A stretch of DNA of 64,000 nucleotides from Selaginella moellendorffii (Eukaryota > Plantae > Lycopodiophyta). The stretch spans positions 392,792 to 456,791 of the forward strand of contig NW_003314368.1 in assembly GCF_000143415.4 (NCBI RefSeq), in the 5' to 3' direction. Both the position numbers and the translations under genes were made by a program. A model generated the notes under the pieces. The model had not been told where the DNA came from, made no database searches, and was given only the letters and a program-made list of their open reading frames with translations. This document shows, in pieces, positions 51,476-64,000 of this stretch (positions are counted from its first letter, which is position 1; every line of letters begins with the position of its first letter).

Positions 51476-54400
51476 TTAAATGAAATAAGATGGTGCCTTT
51501 GGTTTACGTTTCTGGTAGACGCCATTGACGATCTCCATGTCTTTCTCCTTAACTTCACCATATTGCTGGTTCCAGGCCTCCAGTTGAGTATTAACAAAGC
51601 GTGCCGTGCGGCAAACCTGCAACAACCAAACTCTCATGGTTAACTTTCCAGTCAACTCAAAAGTCAAACCTTGCACATTGACTTCTTAAAGTCATCCACA
51701 CACAATGGTCGAATTTCCACATCGTCATTTGCTTTCTCGTTGAGCTGCAAAGATTTTGGAAAGTTTGAGAGAGTAAGAGTCAAAGTTGTAACTACCTCAG
51801 CTTCCTTAGCCAGAAGCTCCCTCACTGGCACGTAAGCAGCTGCAGTACATAGGTTCTGTATACATGGCGATACAATTAGAGGTGTAATCGAGTAAAGATT
51901 TTACCTTTAAGTCACTTCCTGAGTATCCAGTTGTTAAACGGCCCAGCTCCTCCAAATCAAACTTCTTGTCCAGCTTCTCGCCTTCCAACAAAACCTTGAG
52001 GATTTCCACTCGGCTTGACCCCTTCGGGAGACTGATCAAGATCCTGAATCGACGGAGATTACAGATAGTTGCAACGGGGCAAGCTAAGATCAGTATTACC
52101 TTCTGGGGAGACGCCGAATGACAGCTTCGTCAAGATCAAATGGCCTATTCGTGGCTGCCAAAACCATAACTCTCTTGTCATCTTTGGTGCGAAGGCCATC
52201 CCACGCTGTCATAAACTCGTTCTTGACGCTGCGAGAGGTTACATCCTCATTTAGCTCGCCTCTTGCTCCTAAAATGCTGTCCACTTCATCCACAAAGATA
52301 ATCGTGGGTGCGAGCTTCTCTGCCAGTGTGAAGACTGCCTTGGCCAACTTTTCGGCCTCACCGTACCACTGTGATGATAGTCAAGATCAAACGCTAAAAT
52401 ATAAACACTTGTACCATTGAGCTGATTGTTGAGCTTGTGATGCCGATGAATGTCGTGTTTGCTTCCGAGGCAATAGCCTTTGCAATGTGTGTCTTTCCCG
52501 TTCCTGGAGGCCCAAACAAGAGCATTCCCCGGCAAGGCTGGAAGTTTTTGGAGTGTGAGAAGCTTTCGCATATGTGGTGAACTTGGATTACCTTGAGTAA
52601 ATTTCCTTTGCTAAATAGCTTTGGCCTTGTCAAAGGAAGGATCACAAGCTCTTGCAGTGTGGCTTTTACTTTTTTCAAGCCGCCAACATTTCTGAACGAC
52701 ACTCCAGTCTCGCCAGCAGCAATCACACACGGCAAAAGCATTTTTTCGTACTCGTCGTACGCTATCTGCATATGCCCTATTCAATGTTAGCTTAGAGAAT
52801 GAACATTGGCCCCTGCTTACATTTCTTAACATCTTAGTAGTTGTATTCTTTGATATCTCCAATTTGTCAACAGATAACTGGAGACTGATCATCAAATCAA
52901 AGTGAGATCATCAAAGAACTAAATTCAATACCTTTCTAAGGATAAGGAAGTTCCGGTTGAGCCTTTGGATGCTGAATCCAAAGCTTGGGAAATGTGGATG
53001 TTTAGAGTGTGCCCTACGATCCTCTCAGCCTCTGCAAAGTTTAAACACAACGTTACCCGGGTCGACTAAATTTAGCGTGCCCTTACCCTTATCAGTGAGA
53101 GAAACCTCATCTGGGATCTTGAGATCTTTAACGCCTTTGCATTCCCAGTTGAAAAGATCAAGCACCTCCTCAATCTTTTTAGTGTTTGTTTTAGATCTAT
53201 ACATGGCAGAGTCACTCTTAAGCTCATCTTGCCACTTTTGAAGCATATCCTTGTCCTGGAATTACAAACATAGATTGGAGGTAGCCATAGCTTGAAGCTA
53301 CAGTGGTTTGAGGATTGGGTTGAAGAGTTCTTACCTTTGGTGGAACAATCTTCACCTTGTTCTCGAATAAGCTGTAAATGTCTTCAAGGTAATAACCTGT
53401 GTGCCCCGGGCTTCGGGTGCACTTGTTCTGAACGTTAATCCTCGATGCAATGAGTACTATACCACCCGAGAGCATGTCTAGCTTATCCTGCAGTTTCTCA
53501 AGGAACTCTTTCCTCTGTGTTATTGCCACAGCTCTCCGAAACCAGTCTTCCGGATCAGGAAAGTACACCACCAGCCGTGTGCACCTCTCTAAAACCTTCA
53601 TAAGCGGGAGCATTACAAGATTTGCAAAACAAATCTAGAAACTTGTACCATTTGTAGATGATTGATGACGTTGCAGGAAGAATCACAGGACAATTGAAGC
53701 TCCTCAGCTGCTTGAAAACAAATCTATCAAAACTTGCAAACAAAAGGTTTTACGTACGTCTACAATAGGTAACACAGCTCGTAGATTCGAATTTTACAGC
53801 GACCATGCTGCTTCTCGAAAAGACCACCGAACCCAATTGTCCGTTTTTCAAATTATGTCTATCAGTCCAGTAAACCACGTAGTGAAGCGATGTAACCAAG
53901 TAGAAGTTTTACCTGTCAGGATCGTTGCTTCCCACGAACTTGACATAATCTCCACTCTGGATTAATTGGGGCTTGTCCTAGAGTCGAATATTCAACTGTA
54001 AGCAATCTCAGTTGGTTTATGAAATCACGCACCTTCGACTTTACAAACGCTTCATCGATTTCATCGTTTTCTTGCCCGTCATCATCATCAGCCTTGTTCT
54101 TCTATTTAAAGTTTCCAAGGTTATAGAAGTTCTAGCAGAAACGATGCAAACGATGCTTACTATCTTATAAGGCGACAACAGATTCCCGTGGAGAGAAAGA
54201 AACGAAGCATTGAGATCCTTGGCCACAGCCATGGCCAGAGTCTCTTGATAGATCTCCGACCCTGCAGAACAAAGGATTCATGAAAAGGGGTTTTCCTTGT
54301 CTAGAGATTCCTTGCCTGGTGGTCCATGCAAAACGATCCTTGAGCTGGTGGAGTCTAGGACTTTCATCCGTTTCATCAAATCAGGATGCTGCAAATGAGC

Positions 54401-54742
54401 AGTGGCGCAATGGACGACCATATCTCGAGTTTCTTGGCTGCCAGCAACCGTAAGTTCTAGCCAGAACAAAAGTATAGCTTACTCAAGGTAGTAAGGAAAG
54501 CTATCCAGTGACACTGTAAGATCAGTGCTTTTGACGAGCCTATCCTCCCATTCCTTTGGCGGTGGATTAGTGTTTTTGACCTCCAATTGCTTCGGTGGTG
54601 GATCAGTGTTCTTGGCCTCCAATTCCTTTGGTGGTGGATCAGTGTTCTCGACGGGCCTAGCCTCCAATTCCTTTGGTGGCTCATCGCTAGAGCCCTTGGC
54701 TTTGAGAACTTTAGATTTTCTTTCCCACAACCTGCTCAGCAT
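51476..54742 (-). CDS. AAA+ ATPase of the plant MSP1/ATAD1-like long form; multi-exon
   Basis: SFPYYLE, degenerate first domain VLHGPPG, Walker A GPPGTGKT, Walker [37 protein letters not shown] and WNQQYGE. An additional 5' exon is possible. Confidence 0.9.
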
Positions 54743-55093
54743 TTCGCCACCCTGAAACCTTAGGGCTCCAACTTAAAATATGTGAATGTAAAAGGGAACG
54801 AAAATGCAAAGCCCTAATAGTCCACGCACGTGGCGAGTTATTCGCTTGGCGATCCAACGGTGGCCACCAGCCCGCCCGTCAATTTGGAGATCTTCGAGCC
54901 TGGCAACACGACGACGCGAGGTCTTTGTTCTTCGGAGGACTACCCGGCGCGAAATTTCTCCTGCTTCTCCTTCGATCTTCTCTTCTCCGCGGATCTCTTG
55001 ATTCATGAGCCTCGCTGCCGCGAGATTGATGATTTCGGGAGCTGTGAGGCGCGGCGGCATCGAATTCCGTGTGATTCTTGTCCAGGGTTTTGG

Positions 55094-57686
55094 ATGGAAG
55101 CTCCAGCTCCAGGCGTGTACAAGATCTGCGGCAAGCTCTGGAATGGTACGCTCTAGATTCTCGCTGCTTGCTACATTGGCCATGGCGATCGATCCGGCGC
55201 TCGAAATTTCCCAAAATCTGGCATAGATTTCGATGTTTTCATGCTTGGATTTCGTGTCGCGCAGTCGGCCCGAGGTACCGGCTCCACGAGCACATAGGAT
55301 CTGGATCTTATGGAGATGTTTGCCGTGCCACCGATTGCCAGGCTTCGCTCACTGTGGCTCTCAAGGTACGAGCTCTTGGAAAAATTATAGCTCGATGGTT
55401 TTCTTCCAGAGAGTTGGAGATGTTCTTTGCTGTCCTCTGTTGGCCAAGAGAGTTCTCCGCGAAGTGTGTATCATGCGACGTTTATCCCATCGATATGTCA
55501 TCACATGTAAGCCAGTTTTCCTTACTTTTTCTTTCCTTTTTGCTATAGTTCTCATTGTTCCCTTTTTAGTGACGGATGTTTTTATAAGTATGTCCATGGA
55601 AGTCTCTGGCGGAATCGATCTGTATATCGCGACCGAGTTTGCTGACGGGTTCGTCGAGTATTTCTCTTTTTCACAGTCTATCGTTTGACGCGTTTTGTCC
55701 GGGATTTGTTTACAGCGGTGACATGTATCATTTGCGAGAACCATTAACGCCACAACATGTAAAGTTTTTGATGTGGCAGTTGCTCACTGGCATGAGCTAT
55801 ATCCATTCATGCCGTGTTTGGCACAGGTACAGAAGCTCACTTTTAGCGAATGAAACTTGCGCTGATTCTATGGAGTCACAGGGACTTGAAGTCCGAGAAC
55901 ATACTTTTGATGGCCGATATGTCCGTTAAAATCTGTGACTTTGGCCTTTCACGGTCTGCCGAGGAGGTAAAACTAAGATAGTCACGGGCTAGAAATCTGA
56001 AATCACCTTCTTTTGCAGTCCGCAAATACAGATTTTCAGACTGGAATCACAAGCGGGAGAATTTTGAATGGTCGTAAGTCCCTGACCAGGCAATACACGA
56101 AGATGGTAATATCTTCTTCCGCTTGTGTGACCACGGCATTCTGAAACCGCAACAGGTTGTCACTCCCAGCTATCGAGCACCTGAAGTTATCATGTCCCGT
56201 GGCCAATACAGTTCTTCCATTGACATGTAAGTACTCGAGGCTGCAATTTACACACCCGTAGGCTGAAGAGAAATTTTTTTTTGCTTTTTATGCAGATGGT
56301 CACTTGGTTGTATTTTCTGGGTAAGTGTTAGCAGCAACGATATCACGATTTTAAATGCTTGTTTTGTGCAGGAATTGTTGATACGGTCCATCAATCCAAA
56401 TATGACGGGTCCTCCACTGCGGCCTTTGTTTGGTGTCCGGTAAACACTAGCTATTCAAGTGTTGATTCTCAAGAATGTGCAAACCAGGGAAGAACCAGTA
56501 ACACCAGGACAAGGAGTGAGCTACACCACTGATGGACACTCTCCTCTTCATGAGCAGGTTCTTACTCTTGTAATTGTTCTTTTTTCTGACGCGCGAAACT
56601 GCAGTTGGATGTTATCTTTAACGTTATTGGAACTCCTGGATGGAGCGACATCGAGAGCGTTCCGAGCGAGTCCTGGAGATCGTACTTGAAACATCTACCG
56701 GGAAGAGTAAGTAGTCTCTTCAAGTTGTAGTGATTTTCTATCTTTTTCTATGTGTTCGTCTTTTTTGTGTGAGGGGTCTTGGATTCTCACGGCATTCTGA
56801 CTCTTTCCATATTTTCAGGCAGGAAATCTGACTGAACAATTGTTAGGATACGTCGATCAAGAAGCTTTGGATCTTCTTTTCCGGATGCTTGCCTTCAATC
56901 CTGGTCGAAGGTGCACTGCCGAGGAAGCACTCTCACATATTTATGTAAGTAATCGTTTATATTTTGCCTTCTCATACAAGTATTCTATGTAGTTCAAGGG
57001 ACTAGAGAGGTCAAATGGACTTTTGCCGCCTGCATTCGAAGCCACTGCTCCAGGAGAATCCCTCTGGAACATCAAGGATCCTGCGGTAGCCCTGGATATT
57101 CTAGAGGTTCGTAACTCCACAATAGCATACGACTTTCATGTTTAATGTGTTGTAAACGCAGAGAGAGCTAGAGGCGTCTGTCTACGAAAAAGATGGTGGC
57201 CGACAGAAACTGGAAAGCCTTCTTCAGCAAGAAATAGTGCAGCAAAGGCAGCAAGAACTGTTTCGTCACTCGTTGGAGTATCTGAGGCAAAATGCGGTGC
57301 CACTCTCCTCCATTCTTCCTCCTCCACCGTCACAGCCCGACTTCCGAGGTCAAGGTTCTACGAGAAGCGTTCTACTATATGGCGACGAGATCTTAGGATC
57401 CATGCAGAAGAATCTTCCGCCAGTTCCGATGACTACACGGGTGACACGAAGTTCTGCCGCTGCCGCTGCCGCTGCTGCTGCTGCTGCTGCCATCAACGTT
57501 GAAAAATCTTCGCAAGCGAGGGCCATGCGAAGTAATAAAGCGCCGAGGGAGTTACGGACACATCAGGCAGTGGTGAACGAGGAACCCAACCAGACAGAGG
57601 GTCTTCCTCGACGATCGCCACGTCTGCGAGATCTACAAGCCGGTGATCTTCCCCACCGAAAGAGACTTTGTCTCAAAGCTGGCTGA
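55094..57686 (+). CDS. Atypical MAP kinase-like protein (activation loop TKM) with a low-complexity C-tail
   Basis: Spliced: MEAPAPGVYKICGKLWN|VGPRY..IGSGSYG..VALK|R..AKRVLRE..HR|DLKSEN..ICDFGLSR..LTRQYTKM|VVTPSYRAPE..DI|WSLGCIF..IGTP..MLAFNP.RR.TAEEALSH. Confidence 0.88.
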
Positions 57687-58120
57687 CTAGCAACTGGATG
57701 ACACGATACAGTACTAGCAAACAGAGAGCCGACTCTGGATTCGAGCATCATCGTGTAGCAGAAGAACAGTGTTGAAGCCTGATAGAGCCGAGGAAATCCT
57801 CCCGGAAATGACAAATGGCTTCAAACAGGTACACTGCTGCTTCCCTGCTATTGTGATACTTGTCTGCTTCCTTCGTTTGTTTTCTTTCGCTTTGATACCA
57901 CATGGATTTCTGATACAGGAAGGAAACATGGCCGCCGCGAAAGGACAGACAACAGAAACAGTTTTCTTCTCGAGTGAAAGTTAAGAAGGCTGTTATGAAT
58001 GTGTACAAACGATCGATCGCTTCTGAGGTATATTGATTTTCATGGATTGCTCAAACAAACTTCGTGTTGTTTTCTGGAGATTTTTTTTTTCTCTTCTTCC
58101 TCGGCTATGGAAGAAAGAAG

Positions 58121-59659
58121 CTAGCTAGTACACTGGTCAGGTGCGATTCCCATTTGCTCCTTCTGGTTATCAATCGAGATTCTAAACGTTTGCTGCTGGA
58201 CATTTCCGATGATGCTGAAGGCCTCCTCCTCAGGAGCGAAGGCCAGGCAGTACGTCCCCTCGTCATCCACATTGACGAGAATTCCATCGGCTGGAAGCGG
58301 CATCGAGGCACCACCATCGAAGTCGAGAACCACAGCAGGCAGGGTGGCCGTCTTCATGGATGAGAGATCATAGCAGGTGTCGAAGAGAGAGATCCCGGGG
58401 GCCGAGGGGAAAGTTACCAGCGACCGAAACGCATCGCGTAAAGCAGTGTAAGCCGGGGTGGTGAGCCTGGAGATGGCGGTGCCAGAGTCGACGATCACAC
58501 CACCAGTGCCTCTGGAACCCATGGCAAACGCATCCGGGGGGATGTTCACAGGCGAGCCGGCAACTCTGATCCTCGCGAGCCCAACGTAGTAGTACGTATC
58601 CAGCCGCCGGTTGGGAAGCAGCTTGGTGAAGCGAGCTTTCTCCGGGACAGCGCTGGGACCGAAAACGAGCGACGCAGCTATGGCGGACTCCCTCCTGGGA
58701 AGGCAGTAGGAGAAGACGCTAGCGTAGGAGGTCCCCGTCTGGGATGGAAACGAGAGTGGTCCTCGTCCCAGGCCGAGCAGCCCCGCGGCGCCGTGGAAGA
58801 GCCCCTGGTTGTTCCTGCCGCAGCCCATGGCGACGCTACGCACGGCGTGCTCGCCGAAGGAGAGCGTCTCGGTGGAGAAGTCGCCGACGGTGAAGGAGCC
58901 ATCGCCGTAGCTCACCTGGTACATACACTCGTTCTTGCGGCTGCAGCCTTTGATCTTGAGCTTGCCGCAGATGGAGCTGGCGCAGGCGAGAGGCTTGAAC
59001 GAGGAGGAGAGCGAGGGGTTGAAGATGGGGTCCTGCTGGCGGTAGCACTTGCGGCAGGGAGAGCACTGGAGCCAAGAGACGTCGCTGCCGGTGTCCGCCA
59101 CCATGTAGACGCTGCGAGCCGGCGTCCCGACTCCAATCCGAGCGAAGTAGTCGCCGCTGCCGCCAGCTATGCCAGAGATGAGTGGCGACGCGAATCCTCG
59201 TCGAGCTCCTCCGTGGCCTCGTCCTCCTCGTCCAGAGGCTAGCCCTGCTACTGCGAGAGACTCCGACTGGCCTGGGAGAGGATGGCGGAGGTCGGACTTG
59301 CGCCAGCCATTGGTGGCGAGGGCGATGGTGGCGGCGATGGCTTTGCTGCGGAGCTCGTCCTTGCGGAGGCGGGCGAGGAGGAGCTGCTTGGTGGTGGCGT
59401 TGCTTGGGCGGAGCGGGGAGGAAGGGGCGTCGCGGTGGAGCAGTGGGACGCTGAAGCTCAGCTCGTCCAGCGGCGCCTTGGCGGCGGTGGCGGCGGAGGC
59501 GGCGGCGGCTTCTTCTTGCTCCTCAACGGCTACGACTGGCGGCTTGGCGATTTGGAGCGTGACAAAGTCGGGCTGGCTGAAGGAGGAAGAGACCGCTAGA
59601 AGATTGAGGAGCAGCAGTAGCAGCAGCGGCAGCAGCGGTTCTAGAGCTCGTCTCCACAT
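58121..59659 (-). CDS. Intronless A1 aspartic protease (nepenthesin/ASPG1-like) with signal peptide
   Basis: Catalytic DTGS and DSGT, GSGDYF, GCG..NQGLF, IIGNVQQQ; start MWRRALEPLL at 59659. Confidence 0.95.
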   Translation of the reverse strand: MWRRALEPLLPLLLLLLLNLLAVSSSFSQPDFVTLQIAKPPVVAVEEQEEAAAASAATAAKAPLDELSFSVPLLHRDAPSSPLRPSNATTKQLLLARLRKDELRSKAIAATIALATNGWRKSDLRHPLPGQSESLAVAGLASGRGGRGHGGARRGFASPLISGIAGGSGDYFARIGVGTPARSVYMVADTGSDVSWLQCSPCRKCYRQQDPIFNPSLSSSFKPLACASSICGKLKIKGCSRKNECMYQVSYGDGSFTVGDFSTETLSFGEHAVRSVAMGCGRNNQGLFHGAAGLLGLGRGPLSFPSQTGTSYASVFSYCLPRRESAIAASLVFGPSAVPEKARFTKLLPNRRLDTYYYVGLARIRVAGSPVNIPPDAFAMGSRGTGGVIVDSGTAISRLTTPAYTALRDAFRSLVTFPSAPGISLFDTCYDLSSMKTATLPAVVLDFDGGASMPLPADGILVNVDDEGTYCLAFAPEEEAFSIIGNVQQQTFRISIDNQKEQMGIAPDQCTS

Positions 59660-60662
59660 TGCTGGAAGAAGAGGAGGGAAGAAGAACAAGAAAAACAATC
59701 CAGCAACGAGTGCTACTACTACTACTCGCTCGCCTCCAAGAACAAAGAACACCGCCAACGATCTCAATCGAGCAGCTTTAAAGAATTCTCGCCTCTCTCG
59801 CCACTCCACAAGGGGACGACGAAGAGGAACGAACTAAACAATGTTTAATAGTGCATACATACATTGTTCTAACGGCTCGGCCCTGACCGTTGATGCTGAC
59901 AATCCGACCGGTAACATGGCTCCACGAGGGCGGAATCAACGGTTCCTGTCGCGGCACCTCGGCGGCATATTCGTCGAGCACTAGCCATAACTTAATCAGG
60001 CTAATGAAACTTAAGCAAGCTGGAGACAATGGTCAAATTTTTTCTGAAAAAGAAGGCCCTTTGTTCTTGATGTTGGCTGTCTTTGTGACTGAAAGACACA
60101 TTTGTTGGATGAATGCAATGCACCACCACACCCCTGCACACAACTTTGCTTCATAAAAACTTATAGTGAGGGACACATGAATTCGGTGCCCTGGTGTATT
60201 CTATTCATTAAAAAATCTTTGCTTTTCTAACACTGGAGTTCCTCCAAACAAAAACACCTTAGATTAGCCTCGAAAGATTCTCATAACCATATGTTATTTG
60301 GCACTGGGGTGGTTTTATACTTTTTACCTACTTTGTCTTTTCTTCTTCTGGCTCTCATCTCACTTTATCCTATTGAGATTTTATAGGTTAGAGTCCCATG
60401 CTCCTCAGTTGCGCTGTAAACATTTAAGTTATATAAATATCAATAAACATGAGAGTGATAATGTTCTACTCCCTGACTATGGTATAAGATATCACAGTTA
60501 GGATCTTATGTTTCTAGTAGATAATATTTACACACAGTATCAGTATTGGTAAAGATTAAATTTATTAAAACGCACAAAAAGAATTGAGTCCCCAGAAGTA
60601 GTGCTCTCTGTACACTCTACAGATATTTGCAATGCTTTTTTCACATGTTGCCAAGTGCGGGA

Positions 60663-61274
60663 CTAAGTAGTGCTCTCAACGGCCTGCAAATGGCGATGTT
60701 GCTGCTGCTTGCCGAAAGAAAGGCTCAGTGGCCACTTGCACTTGTATCTGTTCTTGAGGATCCTGTCGATGCATTTGTGGAGAGAAAGAGTGCTGTGGTG
60801 GTGGTGGTGAGTCTTTTGCAAGGCTGATGAATCCTCTGGAAAAAACAAGAAGAAGTCTTAGCCCCAGAATCGAGAATCAAAGAGCTGAGAGCTTTCCTCT
60901 CTACCTTGAGAGAGTGCTGCTAGTGCATGGTGGTGGTGATGGCTCCTTTTCTTCTTCTTGAGCGTCCTTGGCCCAAGCCCAAACGCAATGCCGTTCTTGC
61001 TCCTGTAGCATTGGAGCTCCACGCTCTGGACGTGGCCGAGGAGGTCCCCCGTGTAGCTCAGTGCGTTTCTCTCCAGGCTCTGCACGATCCATCTCGCCTC
61101 CTGGCTCAGCTTGTTCCCGGCCGACTCCACCTCCGCTCCAATGCGACTCACAAACGCGTCCGCCTTGTTGCTCATCTTCTCAAGCGTCGCCACCGTCTTC
61201 ATCACCATGTACACGAGCGCTAGTGTCAGCATCCCCAGCCACAAATCATCCATAGCTGTCGTCTCGATCCTCAT
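60663..61274 (-). CDS. Orphan two-exon protein: TM helix, coiled coil and two His tracts
   Basis: GC-rich ORF from ATG 61274. A GT-AG intron at about 60904-60839 joins it in frame to ORF 60663-60848. Confidence 0.5.
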
Positions 61275-63151
61275 GGTCGCTCTGCTCGGGGATTCGGAGG
61301 TGGTCGTGGAAGAATTTGCTCGGGACTCGATCGATGATAGAGTTGATCGTGGAACTTAGTAAGCTTGCAAACAAGAGGGGGAAGAAGAAGTGATCAGCGA
61401 CGGATCGATCGACCTTCTAAAACTCTGGACGAGCAAGCCGAACCTGGAAAGAGTGTGCTGCGGAGCAGAAACCTTTATACGGCGAGAGCCCGGCCGACCG
61501 GTCTTTGTTTTCGCGCACTCTCCACTCATGTCTACTTCAGAAATTGGCTGCTAATCGAATCTCCTGGAAAAAAAATACCGTGAGGCTGGACCACAGGGTA
61601 ATATAGATTAATCACAAGATCGCTCGCATGGCGATCTCCTCCCTTAAAAATCTGCCAAAGGCTTACCCTCCATTGGGACTCTCAGACTTTTGGACCGCCA
61701 CTCAAGCCGGACGTGTCGCTCAACCAGGCCCTTTTACGGAGTCCTGCCACACCCAAACACTCAAAACTTCGTTTGTCTCCAAGGAAGGAAGAAATGACCA
61801 CTACTTACTTGGGCAAAGCTTTGCAAACCTTTGATTTCTTGATTCGGTGGGTCTGGCAAATTCCTCATGGGGAAAAAAAATCTTTGTACGCATTCCCTTT
61901 TCAATGATGGAAAACGAGCCTTGGAGAACGTTTGAGCTGTATCCCAAAAGCACCGGCTCTGAATGCTTGGCAAAGATTCTTTGCTTGGACAACCGGGATC
62001 GATGGTTTTCTTTGTTTGTTTTTCCAGCTTGCATTCTAAACGTGACGGCACCAAAGAGCGACGTATGGATTGTATGGAAAATACGAACACACGAACCTTC
62101 TATGAAGCTCTTTAGCAAGTTCGCGTCGGGAGCTCCATAGCGACGCGTGGAAACTTCAAAGTACTGTATGAGAACGCTTGCCAAAAGGTAGAACCTCTGA
62201 TAACTGGAAATCCCAGACAATCAATCCAGCGCGAAAAGGCAATTAGAACAGCGTGGATTCCATAAGAGTCGGGGTTGGAACTTATCTGTCTGTGATGTCG
62301 ATTGGGAAGACAATTCTCTCCAATCTACACCTTTGTTGTTGCATTATTTGCGAGTCACACCATGATGATGTCTAGGCTCTCTCTTTCAGTTGCATAGCTG
62401 CTGAGCTCCGGGAGAACACCACAAACGCATTTGTTCTCTTCCTCCAAGTGCATTTGACAGGACTACCTGAGAATAGACATCAAAATCATCATAGAAAATC
62501 CGATCAGGTAGAATCGCATCGATTCAAAGCTGGTGTGCAGGACTTTAACAAGGTACAAGCTTACGTAATAGGATAGATATTACCTCTACAGCACCTAGCC
62601 CTCTCGAAACCAATTCAAGACAAACATAAGCCATACCTTGGTCGAGGGAGACACGGTCTTTGAAAACTTAAGTGCTGATTTCTTGAGCCTCAGCCGATTA
62701 ACACGATGTAAGCCATAGTAAAGTATCTGTCATACCTCAAGGTGTCTATCATCGGACTGAAATATATGTCCTAGCAAGAACCAAAGCATACCTCTAAAGA
62801 CAAGTCCTGCATTCATGAACCATGTTAGCACAGGAAAGTGTAGAGTTATAAACAAGCTTACATAAGTACGACGAAAGCTAATTGCGACTTCCTGAAAAAT
62901 CACAAAGGAACCAAACTCATCAGGGGCATTGAAAGTGTCTAAAGCGATAGAAATCTGCAAGATCGCTACCCAAAGCTGTGGAAGCTACATTTACCTGCTT
63001 GATTCGCAGGAGATCGCTGGAGAGGCTACGTACTTAACATATTGCTTCGAGCAATGGCTAACGAGTCCCCAGGAACACAAACGGACTGTGATACCATGAA
63101 CTTTTGAGTCATTTTGAGAGAATCCTCTCCAGTCTGGAATGTTGTTGTTTT

Positions 63152-64000
63152 CTAGTGACTCGGAGGAGAGGTGAACACCAGGGATGCATTCGTTCCTCCA
63201 AAGCCAAATGAATTTGACAAGACTGCGTGAATGGACATAGCCTTTGTAGAGCCGATGGGTACAAAGCCGTCGTGGAAAACCCGATCGGGTAGAATCAGAT
63301 TCAAAGTTGGCGGAGCTTGCCCCTGAGAAAAAATTTCACGACGAACGTAAGGTTACATGGGGAACTAAGGTACAGGCTTACGTGATGTAGCGCCAAAACT
63401 GAGAAGATCGCCTCTACGGCTCCAGCAGCCCCTAGGAGGTGTCCAGTGGCTCCCTGCAAACCAATATAAATAAAGCTCAGTGGAGTCCCAGAAGCGCCAT
63501 ACCTTGGTCGAGGAAAACGCAAGGTTTCCAGTTACTGCATGCTCCTTAAATACAGTTTTGATGGCCACAGCCTCAACTTTGTCACCTATGCTTCAAATCA
63601 ACAAGCTTTAAAAGAGCAGCAGGAATCTTTGTCATACCTCGCGGAGTCGATGTTGCGTGAGCATTGACATAATCGATTTCATTGGGTTTCAGTCCGGACT
63701 AACATGAAATCGAGGTTAGATCTGGGTTTCGCTAACAAGAACGGAAGCTCACTTGCTGCAAAGCTCGATTCATAGCCAGAACAGCTCCTTTCCCATCTTC
63801 AGACGGTTGAGTGATGTGGTGGCCGTCACCTGGAAAACACAATATGTTAGCAACAGCATAACCATAGTGACGAGGTACCCGACATCCCATATCCACGGAT
63901 TTCCGCGTACATTTTTGCTCCTCGTCTTTTTGCATGCTCATATTCCTAGAAACAAATCAGAAGTGTTTTTCTCAATACAAATCTTACCTCAAGAATCATA
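63152..64000 (-). CDS. mtKAS: Beta-ketoacyl-ACP synthase, mitochondrial type (3' exons only)
   Basis: DGHHITQP, YVNAHATST, SSTK|GATGHLLGAAGAVEA and SNSFGFGGTNASL; stop at 63152. Confidence 0.9.

Noticed and set aside
59660-59809. N-terminal extension of the 562-aa protease ORF
   Set aside because: Begins at a non-ATG codon in a CT-rich UTR; the signal peptide starts at ATG 59659.

Overview
Plant nuclear DNA with dense genes and very short (~50-60 nt) introns; inferred to be a lycophyte such as Selaginella, but not confirmed by any search. Left block (1-15.3 kb): an uncharacterised secreted protein, a PATRONUS/securin-like gene, COR27-like, a variant tRNA-Gly(GCC), TH2, an ASR3-like trihelix factor, cytochrome c1, ATG16 and a copine/BONZAI gene. 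Middle (15.8-49.8 kb): a deeply nested LTR-retrotransposon cluster with an 880-N gap. It holds chromovirus element A, split into two opposite-facing halves by an apparent ~17 kb inversion, whose integrase carries two canonical short GT-AG introns. It also holds a complete non-coding LARD, solo LTRs, 5S-rRNA-carrying Cassandra TRIMs, a self-priming Tf1/Tcn1-type chromovirus and a non-chromodomain Ty3/gypsy element. Right block (51.5-64 kb): an MSP1/ATAD1-type AAA ATPase, an atypical MAPK lacking TxY, an A1 aspartic protease, an orphan His-rich gene and the 3' part of mitochondrial KAS. The most promising signal is the element A family: intron-gated integrase, a covarying multi-hairpin RNA with tandem T-loop/B-box arms shared with its LARD, and cis signals shared with the Cassandra TRIM. 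All coordinates and pairings were read by eye; no database searches were run.
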